Shown here piece by piece: positions 28,553 to 42,932 of a stretch of 64,000 nt of DNA. Every line of letters begins with the position of its first letter. Position 1 is the first letter of the stretch. The stretch lies in assembly GCF_009914755.1 (NCBI RefSeq), contig NC_060928.1; one strand, given 5' to 3'. The notes beneath the pieces were generated by a model that saw only the letters and a list, made by a program, of their open reading frames with translations, was not told where the DNA came from and searched no databases. The translations under genes and the position numbers were made by a program. The DNA is from the human T2T-CHM13v2.0 reference genome, Homo sapiens.

Positions 28553-29426
28553 GTCAACAAGCTTTTGTAAAATCTTTGGCCCTGGCTTGCTTCTTATGCC
28601 TGAGTCATTGATAGATGTTTTTCTTACCTCCTGATCTTGTAAATACTCCCTAAGTTTTTTGCAATATCCACTTCACATTTCACCGAGATCTGGGAATCCA
28701 GGGCTGTCCAACTTTCTATTGTAGTGAGTCGTCAGGAGGACTGAAGGCTTTGACTGATATATGCCCATTCCCAAACCCTGTGGAGCCTAGATCCTGTTCT
28801 TGGTGCCCCCTTATTTTCTCACACCTGTCCTGACTTACCAGTTTGGGTACATAACTACAAAAAATTCTGACAGGAAATGAATCTCTTGCTCTTCCAACCC
28901 CTCTTCCCACATATTTCAGTAACTGAACCATCAATCTTACTTTTCAAAAGTGAGTATGGAACTAAATACGCCCTGTTGACAGTCATTTCAGGAACAAGTT
29001 GTATAGAAATTGATTGGAATGCAATGCTCAATGACATTTTTACCTATAAAATACATTTCTCCCACTACCTAAAATCTAAAATTTACAGGATATTCTTTAC
29101 TTTTCCTCTTTAAGCCTATTTTTGCTATTATAATGTCTGCTTCCAAATCATTTTATTCTTTGCATCATTTTTTAAAAGGATATTTAAACATAAAAGTAAA
29201 CTTTTCCATTCCATTTTGCCAAATGATTTCTTTTAGCTCAAAGCCTTTCATGGTCAATTTTCAATTTGATTTTCAGATTATAAAAGAACACATATCGGGA
29301 GTTATTCATTTTATAGTTCATGTAATATGTTATTGTAGAAATGTATTGTGCATAGAATAATTATTTATGGAAAAGATAAAGTTCATGAAGTCTTGTTAGA
29401 GCAATTATGAGAACACTGTGGCTTCC

Positions 29427-29519
29427 ACTTTCAACTTAATACTATTTTCAAGACTTTAATTTATAATAAATTAATACTTCCAACTTAATACTATTTTCAA
29501 GATTTTAATTTATAATAAA
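29427..29519. repeat. Tandem duplication, period 49 bp
   Basis: 44-bp copies at 29427-29470 and 29476-29519 with 2 mismatches. Confidence 0.9.
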
Positions 29520-29569
29520 AATTATAAATTAAAAGCATTATATTCTTTTGGAATTAGGTTAAGATTTTT

Positions 29570-29898
<329 letters not shown>

Positions 29899-29928
29899 TA
29901 AGATTTTTGTAATATTCAAGAAAAGAGA

Positions 29929-30299
<371 letters not shown>

Positions 30300-30512
30300 C
30301 TATTTTTGCTGGACACCCCTACTACCCTGTTAGGTCGGGAGAGGTTTGAGATTCCCCTGGGTTTACAGAATAAAAGACCTCGATGTCCCCTGGGAAATGG
30401 CTAAGCTGGATTCCTAAGGGAACTCATGAAAATCTACTAAATGAAATCTGAGACCACTGGCACCACTGTCTAATGATTCATCTCCGAAAAGCAGATAGGT
30501 TAAGTAGTTTAC

Positions 30513-30950
30513 TGTTATGCATTAATTTGTCCTCTCCACCACCACCAAATGCATATGTTGAAATCCTAACCTCCAGTACCCAGAATGGGACCTGATTTGG
30601 AAATACGGCTCTTGCAGATGAAATTAGTTATGATGAGATCATACCGGGGTAGGGTGAGCCCCTAATCCAACATGACTGGCGCTCTTTTAAAAAGGGGTGA
30701 TTGGACATAGACAGCACACAGGGAGAGCTCCATGTGAAGATGAAGGCAGAGATGTGGGTGATGCAACAGAGAAGCCAAAGGATGCCAAAGATCCCCAGCA
30801 AAACACCACAAGTTACAGGAGAGACACAGAACTTCACAGGCCTCAGAAGGCACCAACCCCACAGACAACCTGATTCCAGACATCTAGCCTCCAGAACTGT
30901 GAGACAGTAATTTCTGTGTTTCAGTCATGGTAGCCTAGCAAACTAATACA
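30513..30950 (+). mobile_element. MLT1C MaLR LTR
   Basis: tgttatg..gttgaaatcctaacctccagtacc..gaagccaaaggatgccaaagat..ctagcaaactaataca. Confidence 0.88.
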
Positions 30951-31221
30951 AATATGGTCACTGTTCTCAAGAAACGTCTGTCAGGGTTGTTGCAAACCTA
31001 TCTAAAATATAACTAACTACATACATGCACTCAGGAAAAATGAGTAACATCCAAGGATATTCTGCCCAATGTCCCCTTCTTTTGTTCTTCTTGTTTCTTG
31101 CCTTTTTATCTTGGTATCTCCACACTTATGGAAGAAATATATCTGTTTATATCTTAATAAAAAAGATCTTGTAATTGAATTTCACCACAAACCCATAGTA
31201 GTTCTGGTGAGCAAAGTAATA

Positions 31222-31305
31222 TTAAGTGGGTGCAAAATTAATTGCGATTTTGCCATAGGAAAAATACCTATGGCAAAAACCGCAATTACTTTTGCACCAA
31301 CCTAA
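31222..31305. mobile_element. MADE1 (Hsmar1-derived mariner MITE), miR-548-type hairpin
   Basis: inverted repeats ttaagtgggtgcaaaattaattgcg / ccgcaattacttttgcaccaacctaa, flanked by TA. Confidence 0.93.
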
Positions 31306-31546
31306 TATAAGCAATCATGACCTCCTTCCCCATCTCTGGGTGTGTCTACAGCAACCACTAAAGGGGCATGGCAGCATCTTGCTAAAAGACCTCTGCTTGT
31401 GCGCCTTCCCAAACCCTGAGTGAGCAGTGTTGCTTGCTCTGGGAGCTCATACTATTTCACATATTTAAGCTACCCTCCTTCAGGCAGAGGGTAGAGGAAG
31501 TGTAGGTAATATCTAGGTATTTTTTCACATTATTATTATTTTTTGA

Positions 31547-31884
<338 letters not shown>

Positions 31885-32300
31885 TCATAAAGCAAAATAC
31901 TTTGGCAAAGACTCTTTTACCAGAGATAAATTTCTATCCAGCCCTTGCTGTGGACAGGGCTTTTGCAATCTGTGTCTCCAGGATTGCAAGCCTTTGACTG
32001 AATCTCAGCTCCTGCATCTTCCCACTGCTCCCTACAGTTGGCCTTTCCAGAGCTGAATATTCTCAGTATTCACGGGTCAGATGAACTGTCAGGATGTCCT
32101 CTTTCCTCTGTCCCCTGAAACTCTGCTCTCAAGTGGTAGATCCAACACTTACAGCTGATCACATGGAAGATTGTAGAATAGATGCACTCAAATAAAGGAT
32201 CCCACCCAGCTTGGCCTGAACTGAGCTTCTTGGTCTGACTCAGCTGTTGCAGGATGTGACTCTTTGAGAGCCATTAATTTCTAGCCTTCCCCTCACTTCC

Positions 32301-33000
32301 TGTCTTAGTCCATTCAGGCTGTTATAACAAAATACCTTACACTGGATGCTTTGTAAGCAATAGAAATTTATTGCTCAGGCCGGGTGTGGTGGCTCATGTC
32401 TGTAATCCCAGCACTTTGGGTGGCCGAGGCAGGTGGATCATGAGGTCAGGAGTTCCAGACCAGCCTGACCAACATGGTGAAACCCCATCTCTACTAACAA
32501 TACAAAAATTAGCCAGGTGTGGTGGTTTGTGCCTGTAATCCCAGCTAGTCAGGAGGCTAAGGCAGGAGAATCACTTGAACCTGGGAGGCGGAGGTTGCAG
32601 TGAGTCGAGCTCGTGCCACTGCACTGCAGCCTGGGTAACAGAGCAAGACTTTGTCTCAAAAAAAAAAAAAAGAAGAAGAAAAGAAAAAGAAAAAACAAAT
32701 TTATTGCTCAAAATTCTGGAGGCTGGGAAGTATAGGATCTAGGCGCCAGCAGATTTGGTGTCTGGAGAGGGCATGCTCTCTGCTTCAAAGATGGCACTTC
32801 TGGCTGGGTCCTCATGTTGTGGATCCAAAGAACAAACATTCCCCTTCAGCCTCTTTTGTAAGGACACCAATCCCATTCACAAAGGTGGAGCCCTCATGAC
32901 CTAATCACCTCCTAAATGCCCCACTTCTTCATAACAACATATTAAGGCTTAGATTTCAACATATTAATTTTGGAGGAAAACGAATATACAGACTATAGCA
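32301..33000 (-). mobile_element. MLT1A/MLT1A0 LTR interrupted by an Alu
   Basis: tgtcttagtccattcaggctg..ctggaggctgggaagt..ccctcatgacctaatcacctcc..cagactatagca. Confidence 0.87.
32378..32696 (+). mobile_element. AluSg-like
   Basis: TSD aaatttattgctca at 32364-32377 and 32697-32710. Confidence 0.95.
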
Positions 33001-33543
33001 CTCCCAACCCCAGAGAAACTGTATAAGCTGCATAGGTGGCCTTGATGATAAAGCTAAAGATATAAACCACATAATGGGCTTGAAGTTCTCACTAAAAATG
33101 GGATAGTTGATCTCTGCTGAAATTAGCTATCTGGAGAAGTAGATATGATTTGCTCCAAATCACACACTGAATACAGCTGTAGAGAGGGGTGTATCCCTAT
33201 GAGCCTAGAAATTTTAGCTACAGTTACCCTGAAGGAGAAAGCACAACACAGGAGCCAGCTGACCTCTGAATTTTATTCTGGTCGGTGGTGGAGGAGCAGC
33301 TGAGAACAGGGGCAGGATGCTGGGGAACTCAGGATACAGAGCACTCGTCCCCGCTCCATCTGTAGACAAAAAGCTCAGGAACCCAGAGCTAGAGGATACC
33401 AGCTGGGGGTGGGGATGGCCTAATTTCCAGCAGCTGCAGTTGAGAAATAACTGTTAGAGTGCACTGCCAAGCTGCAGAGCTGGACATCAATGTCAAGGGC
33501 TAGGGCAGGGACAGAAACTTCAGTTTCTGAGACAATCGCACCC

Positions 33544-34070
33544 CAGGGCCCACTTCACAGGTCCAGCGGACAGAGCTCTAGCTCAAAACCTCACACACAG
33601 AAGCAGGCCCCTTTCTTGAGGTTTAATGCCTTTCTGTCTCATTCTTGAAATTCTTAATAATTTTATCTTTGAATTTGTGTTTTGTAAGTGACAGCTAATG
33701 GGACAATCAAGCATTTGCTAGGGGCTTAAAACCTCCGCTCATGCATGTCCCGCCTCCTACTGGCACACTTTCCATTGCTGCCTTTCTGTCTCTCTGTAAT
33801 GGGCTTTTGGTTACCTGCTCCCCAGCAACCACTGCTGCCCTCTGCCCCCAGTAGGGGCCTGAGCGTGGGAACAGGGAAGGTTAGGGCAGGTGTGCAAGGG
33901 CCCCAGGAGTCTGTAGTGATCTGCACTTAACTGCTGAGTATCCCCATGTCCACGGAGCATGACGCTAAATAACAGATAAAAAATACAATAACATATCCAA
34001 AGATACTTGTAGAATGCAGAAGGAAGAAAGAGCTTTTTTTTCCCGGTTTTTGAATAAGGGACCACATTTG
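33544..34070. mobile_element. MER45B/C-like hAT-Tip100 element
   Basis: cagggccc..tcttgaaattcttaataattttatctttgaatttgtgttttgtaagtga..ttttgaataagggaccacattt. Confidence 0.75.
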
Positions 34071-34914
34071 TATGGGTTTGGTGCAGCTAGAATGTGGATC
34101 TCTGCCATGGAAAAGTATCATTTGCAGGCAGTATCATATCATTTTAGTCAAGCATGAATACAGGCCACCAGAGCTGGTATCCCAGACAAGGGGAGTGGCA
34201 AGTTTTGTCCTCCACATCTAAAGCGAGTTTTCATTTGTGTGATACTTTGATGGAATTAAGAATATTAACAATTCTTACATAACAACCAACAGTGTTCTAC
34301 AGAAGATTTATATGACAGGAACGAGAAGCAGCTTCCTTTAATTATATCTAGATCTCAGTTTGGCACACTTCCACATCCTTCCAAAGGCAATTTTAACTAA
34401 ATAGCACATTGCAGGACTGTGCAAATTATCTTATGAGAATTTATGAGGAATAGACTATGCACAGTAGCTCATTTTCATTATTGATTTCATTTTCTCCATA
34501 TATTTTCCTTATATGTATTATTTTCTCTTATGTTTATAAAATGATGTGTTTTGTGATATATGTATTCATGTACGCATATTTTATATATGTTACACATTTA
34601 TTTATATAGACTGGTACATAGCTACACAAGGTTCCAATAAGAACAGCCTCATATGGATGTTTCGTAGGTTTATATCTTCATTCCTCTAATCCAAACTAAC
34701 ATTACTTAAGTCAAAATAATTTTTCAAATTTTCTTAGTAAATTGATTGCCAACCTTTTCAACCATTTTTCCTCTGAGTAGTTCTACTTCTCTAATATTAT
34801 TTGCATATTTAAATTTCAAAACAATTCTGACAACACTGCGAAAATAAGATTTTTTTTAATGGGCTCTTCTGCTTTTCTTCATGTTGAAAATTATACTTTT
34901 CAAAAAACTTTTCT

Positions 34915-35045
34915 CACACTTCCAGAGAATATGTGTCATGAGGGTAGATATTGTCTCTTTCTTGTTCACTATTTCAGACTTAGTACCTATCATCACAACA
35001 GCATAGAGTAAATGCTTAATAAATATTTAATGAAAAAATGAAAAC
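34915..35045 (+). mobile_element. L2 3' end
   Basis: catgagggtagatattgtctctttcttgttcact..gcttaataaatatttaatgaa. Confidence 0.7.
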
Positions 35046-35065
35046 AATATTTTAAGGAAATACTT

Positions 35066-35420
35066 ATACTAATTAGCTATTCCTGTTATCATACTGTATA
35101 ACAAACCATCCCAACACTGAGTGCTATAAAATGACAAGCATTTATTCTTGGTTGCCTGGTGCAGCTATGTCTTAGGCTGCAGTGGCTGGGATAGCTCTGC
35201 TTACCCTGAGGGGCTGTGGTTCTAGACTGCATTGCGTATCTCTCGGCCTTCTACAATCGGAGGGCAACTGGGGCAAGTTCTGTGATGATGACAGAGGCCC
35301 ACATCATCAAGCCCATCATAAAAACACTGTGCAACATTTTGGTTATGTCATGTTAAATGAGTCACACAGTCCAGGCCCACAGTCAAGGGGTAAAGAATTA
35401 CACATCACCTACTTTCCAAC
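35066..35420 (-). mobile_element. Old MLT1 LTR
   Basis: tagctattcctgttatcatactgtataacaaaccatcccaacactgagtg..caagcatttatt. Confidence 0.6.
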
Positions 35421-35708
35421 ATACTATCAAAATTAGATTAAAACCATGTGACTCTCATTTTGGAACCTTATTCTTTTTATTATGTCTTGTTTTGGTTGGA
35501 ATAATGTTGTGAGGTAACATTACCTCTACCATAATGATAACCATTATTATTATAATTGTTATTATCACTATCGACATACTCATTAAAGTCAAGAAGATAC
35601 TCATAATGCCTTCTACCAAAACTATACATTAATTTTGATATGGAATTTCCAGTTGATCTAATAAAATAAGAAAAATATAACAGAATTTTAGTGTTAAAAA
35701 AAGAGATA

Positions 35709-36021
<313 letters not shown>

Positions 36022-36084
36022 TTATAAGCATTTTTAAAACACAATAGTACACTATTTCAATCCAGCAAGTTAGGTAAATTATTG

Positions 36085-36255
36085 TCTCTATCCCTTATTA
36101 GTTGTCTATATTTTGGCAATTAATAACTCTCTGAGCCTTAGTTAACTTTCAGTGAGGAGCATAGTAACTACCTCGTAAGGTTTTGATAAGAATAAATTAG
36201 GCAGTTTTTGAGCATACCTCAGTAACTGGCACATAACAAACACTCAATGAGCAGC
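36085..36255 (+). mobile_element. MIR
   Basis: ttggcaattaataactctctgagccttagtt..taactacctcgtaagg..tggcacata. Confidence 0.7.
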
Positions 36256-37385
36256 AAGAGAGATAGTCATACTACAGACAGAAGCATAAACGGTAGAATT
36301 TGTTTTATTTTCAAAATCTAAATGATAATTATAAAACTACTAAAAATGAAAATGCATGGTGAAGGAACTTGTCCAGTAACAAAATATGTACATCAGTCGT
36401 TTTCTAATATGATGACAAAAATTTATTAGAAATATAAATGCAAAATACCTCATTAACTATTATATAACAATAAAAAAGCATTTAATACATTTGAATAATT
36501 TTAGTTGGAGATATGCAGAACCCATATGAAGTTCAGCTTACCTGCAAGATACTAAAAGGCTTGAATAAATTAAACTTTTTAACATATTACTAAATGGGAA
36601 GTCTTAATATTATAATGATAATCAATGTTCCTAAATTATTATAAAAATATAATGTTTCTGATTAAAATTCAAAAAACTTTTGATTCTCACCATGTTAAAA
36701 TAACAGTTACTAAGTTTACATTCTTGGCTTAAACAAATAAGAAAAAAATAAAATATATGAAATAACAATTTTAGATCACTGGATGACAGGTAGTACAGGC
36801 CAGGAAAACAAAGCAAGTGAACCCAACAAGTGTCCCAACTCACTGCCTGGAGAGAGTTCCCAGTTTGCAGCCCAACACATGTTCCAACTTACTGCCTGGA
36901 ATTTTCAAATTCCAGCACAAGAATCAGGACTTCCAAACAAAGCCAAAAGCTTCAATAAGTAAAGAGACTGAGCTCTGAGTTCATGGAGGTCAAGGCAGCT
37001 CGAATTTATGCGGTGGAGCTCTGGAGAAAAGGTGTCACACAGATGGTAAGTTCCAGAATTCCACAGAGACACCCCTTGTGTCTTTGAGTACTGATCACTT
37101 CCTGTATATGAGGAAACTACTAAACCCAGGGGTGGGTTGGAGGGAGTGACCACTGGAAAGGAGTCAGTAGAATAATCATGATGAAGGATTGGGGAAAGTT
37201 TTGGTTCTCATTAGCCAGAATGGAAAGATTTCTTAACACACAGGGCATTGAGTAGAAACCTTAGAAGGATGTTTTTTTTCAGAAGGGGAACCGAATTAGC
37301 CTTAGATTAGTAGCTGTGTCTGATCCACCTTGACAACACCTGAAAGCAAACCCCAAAAGTCTCAAACTGGTTCCGAGTAATTTAA

Positions 37386-37780
<395 letters not shown>

Positions 37781-37838
37781 CAAAATATTTTTAAAAATAT
37801 AAATAGTACAGCACACAACAATGTCAATTTTACATCTG

Positions 37839-37871
<33 letters not shown>

Positions 37872-37879
37872 ACCAGAAT

Positions 37880-38428
37880 GATGACTGCCAAATAAAACAC
37901 AGAAAATCTAGTTAAATTTCAATTTCTTAAAAACAATATATATCTTTCTAGTATAAGCATGTCTCAAATATTTCATGGAACATGTTCATACTAAAACATT
38001 GTGTTTCTGTCTCAGTCTGTTCAGACTAATATAACAAAGTGTCATAGACTAAAACAATGGCAATATATATTTCACAGTTCTGAAGGCTGGAAGTCTGAGA
38101 TCAAAGTACCAGAATATCAGGTTCTGGTCAGGGCCCTGTTCTAGACTGAAAAACTACCAATTTCTCTTTGTATCCTCACATTGCAGAAAGACGGCTAGAG
38201 TGCTATCTGGAATTTCTTTTATAAGGTCACTAATCCCATTCATAAGACTCCATCCTCATGACCTACCTAATCACTTCCCAAAGTCCTCACCTCCTAATAC
38301 CATCATATTGAAGGTTAATATTTCAACATATAAATTGGAGGTGGAGGGGAATAAACTTTCAGTACTTAACAGTTACTTATCTGAAACTCAAATTTAACTG
38401 TATTTTTATTTGCAAAATCTGAAACCAT
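37880..38428. mobile_element. MER53 (palindromic hAT MITE) split by MLT1A0
   Basis: agttaaatttcaatttc..tagtataagcatgtc..atactaaaa and tatctgaaactcaaatttaactg..tatttttatttgcaaaatctg. Confidence 0.8.
38008..38371 (-). mobile_element. MLT1A0-like LTR
   Basis: TG..CA ends; 5-bp TSD gtttc/gttac. Confidence 0.85.
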
Positions 38429-38851
38429 AATTAGCAGACATGCCCTCCAAAAGCAGGAAAATATGCATAATCTGGAGAAATATCAATCAGTAAAACAGAA
38501 CCAGGATAAAATTAGTAGATGTTATAATGCCTATTAAGAACATACTGCATATGATCAAGGCAGTATAAAAAAACATTAACATAATGAGATAAATGGATAT
38601 AAAAAATCAAAATCCAATTTCTAGAGATGAAAAATACATCTGAAATAAAAAATACAGTGGAGAAGATTACCAGCAGATTAGACACTACAGAAGGAAAGAT
38701 CAGTAAATTTGAAGAAGTAGGCAGTATTTAGTAAAATGCGAAAAGAAATTAAAAAAAAAAAACAGTGTGTCAGTGAGCTGTGCGACAATTTAAATCAGTC
38801 TAATATATATGTAATTGAACGCTCCAAAAAAGGTGGGGAGGTGAGAAAACA

Positions 38852-39162
38852 GTATGGGTGCAGTGGCTCATGCCTGTAATCCCAGTGCTTTGGGAGGCCG
38901 AGGCGGGCGAATCACCTGAGGTCAGGAGTTTGAGAATAGCCTGCCCAACATGACAAAACCCTGTCTCTACTAAAAATACACAAAATTAGCTGGGCGTGGT
39001 GGTGGGCACCTGTAATCCCAGCTACTCAGGAGCTTGAGGCAGGAGAATCGCTTGAACACGGGAGGCGGAGGTTGCAGCGAGCCGAGATCGCGCCACTGCA
39101 CTCCAGCGTGGGTGACAAGAGCGAAACTCTGTCTCAAAAAATAAAATAAAAAAAATAAAAAG
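38852..39162 (+). mobile_element. AluSq with a 23-bp TSD
   Basis: gacaagagcgaaactc diagnostic; TSD aaaggtggggaggtgagaaaaca at 38829-38851 and 39163-39185. Confidence 0.95.
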
Positions 39163-39360
39163 AAAGGTGGGGAGGTGAGAAAACATATTTAAAGAAATAG
39201 TAGCTGGAAATTTTTACAATTTGATGAAAACTATAAGGATTCTTGTCTGAGAAGTTCAAAGAAACCCCTGGTACCTAATTAAAAAAGCCTGTCATGAAGA
39301 ACAGTTGCACTAAGGCACATCATAATCAAAATGCTAAAAAATAGAGATAAAGAGATCCCC

Positions 39361-39600
39361 CCCCTTTTTTTTTCTCTTTAAACAATTACTTTTACTATTT
39401 CAGTAAATGTCTCACTCTGGGCAAATTTAGAGATATGGTGCTCACCAGGGGTTGGGGGTGAAACAGGGAAAAAGAAGGGTGGGGCCTGGCTTAGGCTACA
39501 TCCTCCTCTACAGCTGGGGAGGCCAGACCCAACACCGCCATCCTAAGAGAGGACAAAGGAGCAGGTTGGGACACCAAGATGACACAGGATCCTGGAGACA
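39361..39600 (-). pseudogene. Probable 5'-truncated retrocopy of an mRNA 3' end inserted in L1 ORF1
   Basis: GC-richer non-L1 segment; on the minus strand AGTAAA lies about 20 nt before an A10 tail; L1 ORF1 is continuous on both sides. Confidence 0.5.
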
Positions 39601-39731
39601 AAGCAGTGTAAGAAAAAAGACGTATAATACAGAAAAACAAAGATAAGAATAATGGGAGACTTTCTGTTGGAAATAATAAAACAGTGAAATAACATTTTAA
39701 AGCATTGAAAGACGGTGAGGAAAAGTTTGTC

Positions 39732-39998
39732 TCCCAGCACTTTGGGAGGCTGAGGTGGGTGCATCACCTGAGGTCAGGAGTTTGAGACCAGCCTGGCCAA
39801 CACAGTGAAATCCTGTCTCTACTAAAAATACAAAAATCAGCTGGGCATGGTGGTGCATGCCTGTAGTCCCAGCTACTCGGGAGGCCGAGGCAGTAGAATT
39901 GCTTGACCTGGGAGCTGGAGGTTGCAGTGAGACGAGATTGCACCATTGCACTCCAGCCTGGGTGACAGAGCAAGACTCTGCCTCAAAGAAAAAAAAAA
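39732..39998 (+). mobile_element. AluSx, 5'-truncated
   Basis: starts at tcccagcactttggg; near-TSD aaaagtt(t)gt. Confidence 0.92.
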
Positions 39999-42932
39999 GT
40001 TGTGTGAATGTGGAATTCTATGCACAGAAGAAACAAATTTTCAAACTAAAGGTTAAGGACTTTTTAGAACATAAAAGAGATCTGAACAAATTTGTAAGAT
40101 ATGTAAGATCAAGTTGCAAGATATGTTAAAGAAAGTCTTTCAGTCAGAAGAGAAACAATGCCAGATGGAAATCTGTATCTACACAAAGGAATGAAGACTT
40201 GCAGAATGGCAAATGTACATGTAAATATAAAATATATTTTTAAAATCTCTTTAAAGGTAATTATTTAAAGCAAAAATAATAACAATATGTTGCTATTACA
40301 TGTTACTAGCCCATGGTACACGGGGTTTGTAATGTGTAAAGGTAAAATGCGTGCCAACAGAGGCCAAAGCCTGGGAGGAAGTAAACAGAAGCACGCTGAT
40401 AGAAGGATCCTTTACTATGAACAAAGGAGTGTAATATTATGTAAATTAAGCAGGAAAGCATGCCCTATCAGAAATTAAAATATATTGTAAAGTTTGAAAG
40501 TTTAAAAAATAGTATGAAAATGATAAAATATTAAATTAAATAAATAGAACAAGAAAAAAGGCTAGACATAGATCAAAATGCATATAAGAATTTGTGATAA
40601 ATAGTTCATTTTAAATCAGTGGGAAAAGAATGCATCATCCAATAAATGTTGTTTATAACTATGTAATAATTTTTAAATGAAATAATATTTTTGCTGCTTT
40701 TCTAGTGTTAAGATTATTCCAGATAAGAATTAAGGACTAAATGTAGGCTGCTTATTAAGAAAATGGCAGATAGGAGGCAGGACTATTTTGCAGCTCCCAC
40801 TCGGACAAACTGAGCAGCATGTGGAGACCTACTTCTTGAATTTTGCTCCATGAACTACTACAGGAACATACCAGGAAAGCCAAGAGAATCCACAGACCCT
40901 TCAAATGAGGTGGATTGATGCTGCAGTCTCAGTGGGACAGCTGAGGAACTGTGAGTCAGCCTGCTTTCTCAGCTGGGATGCTTGTAGCCTGGGGCAAGTT
41001 CTCAGCCCTCCACACCAGCTGCCTGGAAATAAACTTGGGGCTGCTGGGGGAGGGGGGTGGCACGGTGGGAGTGAGACTGGCCTTTTGGGCTGTGGGCTGT
41101 GAGGAAGCCGGGTGAGGCCTGTGGCTACCAGCCTTCCCTCACTTCCCTGGTGAACTGTGTGAGGCAGCAGAGGCAGTGATAATCCCCCTGGGAACATAAC
41201 TGCATTGGCCTGGGAGCCACACTCTCATCCCCTACAGCAGCCGCAGCAAGCCCCATCCAAAGAAAGTCTGAGCTCAGACATGCCTAACCCTGCCCCCACC
41301 TGATGGGCTTTCTCTACCCACCCTGGTTGCCAAAGACAAGGCACACAATCCCTTGGGAGCTCTATGGCCCTGCCCACCACCTGAGAAACCTGAATACTTA
41401 TCCAAAGGCAACCCTAGGACAAGTTTGTCTCCTCCTTATACAACTGCAGCTGATGCACTTTTGAAAGTGCCACCTCCTGGCGGGAGGCCAACCAACACAA
41501 AACCAGCACACTTAACAAAAATACAACCAAAGACCCTCACAGAGTCCATTTCATTCCCCCACTACCTCCACTGGAGCAGGTGCTGATTTTCATGCTGAAA
41601 GACCTGAAAACGGAACACATTACAGGACTCTTTGCAGACACTCCCCAGTACCAGCCTGGAGCCCAGTAGCTCTGTGGGGTGGCTAAATCCAGAAGTAAAA
41701 TAAAAATCCCTGTAGTTTGGCTCTCAGGAAGCCCCATCCCCAGGGAAAAGAGGAGAGCACCACATCAAGGGAGCACCCTGTGGGGCAAAAGAATTTGAAT
41801 AGCAGCCCTTGAGTCCCAGAACTTCCCCCGACATAGGCTACCCAATGAGAAGGAACCAGAAAAACAATTATGGTAATGTGACAAAACAAGGTTTTTCAAC
41901 ACCCCAAAAGATCACACTAGCTTACCAGCAATGGATCTAAACCAAGACAAAATCTCTGAATTGCCAGAAAAAGAATTCAGAAGGTTGACTATTAAACTAA
42001 TCAAGGAGGCATCAGAGAAAGGCAAAGTCCAAATTAAGAAATCAAAAAAATGATACAGGATATGAGTGGAAAAATCTCCAGTGAAACAGCATGAATACAA
42101 AACAATGACAACTTCTGGAAATGAAGGACACACTTAAAGAATGGCAAAATGCACTGGAAACTCTCAGCAATAGAATTGAACAAGTAGAAGAAAGAACTTC
42201 AGAGCTCGAAGACAAGGCTTTCAAATTAACCCAATCAGACAAAGACAATACTTGGAAAGACAAACTAAAAGGAATTTTTGAAAATGAACAAAGCCTCCAA
42301 GAAGTTTGGGATTATGTTAAATGACCAAACCTAAGAATAATTGGTGTTCCTGAGGACGAAGAGAAATCTAAAAGTCTGGAAAACATATTTGAAGGAATAA
42401 TCAAGGAAAACTTCCTTGGCCCTGCTAGTGATCTAGAAATCCAAATACAGGAAGCTCAAAGAAAACCTGGGAAATACATCGTAAAAAGATCATCACCTAG
42501 GCACATAGTCATCAGGTTATCAAAAGTCAAGACAAAGGAAAGAATCTTAAGAGCTGTAAGACAAATTCATCAGGTAACCTGTAAAGAAAAACCTATCAGA
42601 TTGACAGCAGATTTCTCAGCAGAAACCCTGCAAGCTAGAAGGGATTGGAGTCCTATCTTTAGCCTCTTTAAATGAAACAATTATCAACTAATAACTTTGT
42701 ATTCAGCAAAACTAAGCTTCATAAATAAAGGAAAGTGCAGTCTTTTCCAAACAAATGCTGAGAGAATTCACTGCTACCAAGCCAGGACTACAAGACCTGC
42801 TAAAAGAAGCACTAAATCTTAAAACAAAGCCCTGAAATACACCCAAATAGAATATTCTTGAAGCATAAACCTCACAAGACCTACAAAACAATAACACAAA
42901 ATAAAAACTAAAGTGTTAAGGCAATAAATATC

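Noticed and set aside
37841-37869. A29 run as the tail of an unidentified retrocopy
   Set aside because: It lies at an A-run of the host L1M (catctggc..aaaattaccag), so simple slippage is more likely.
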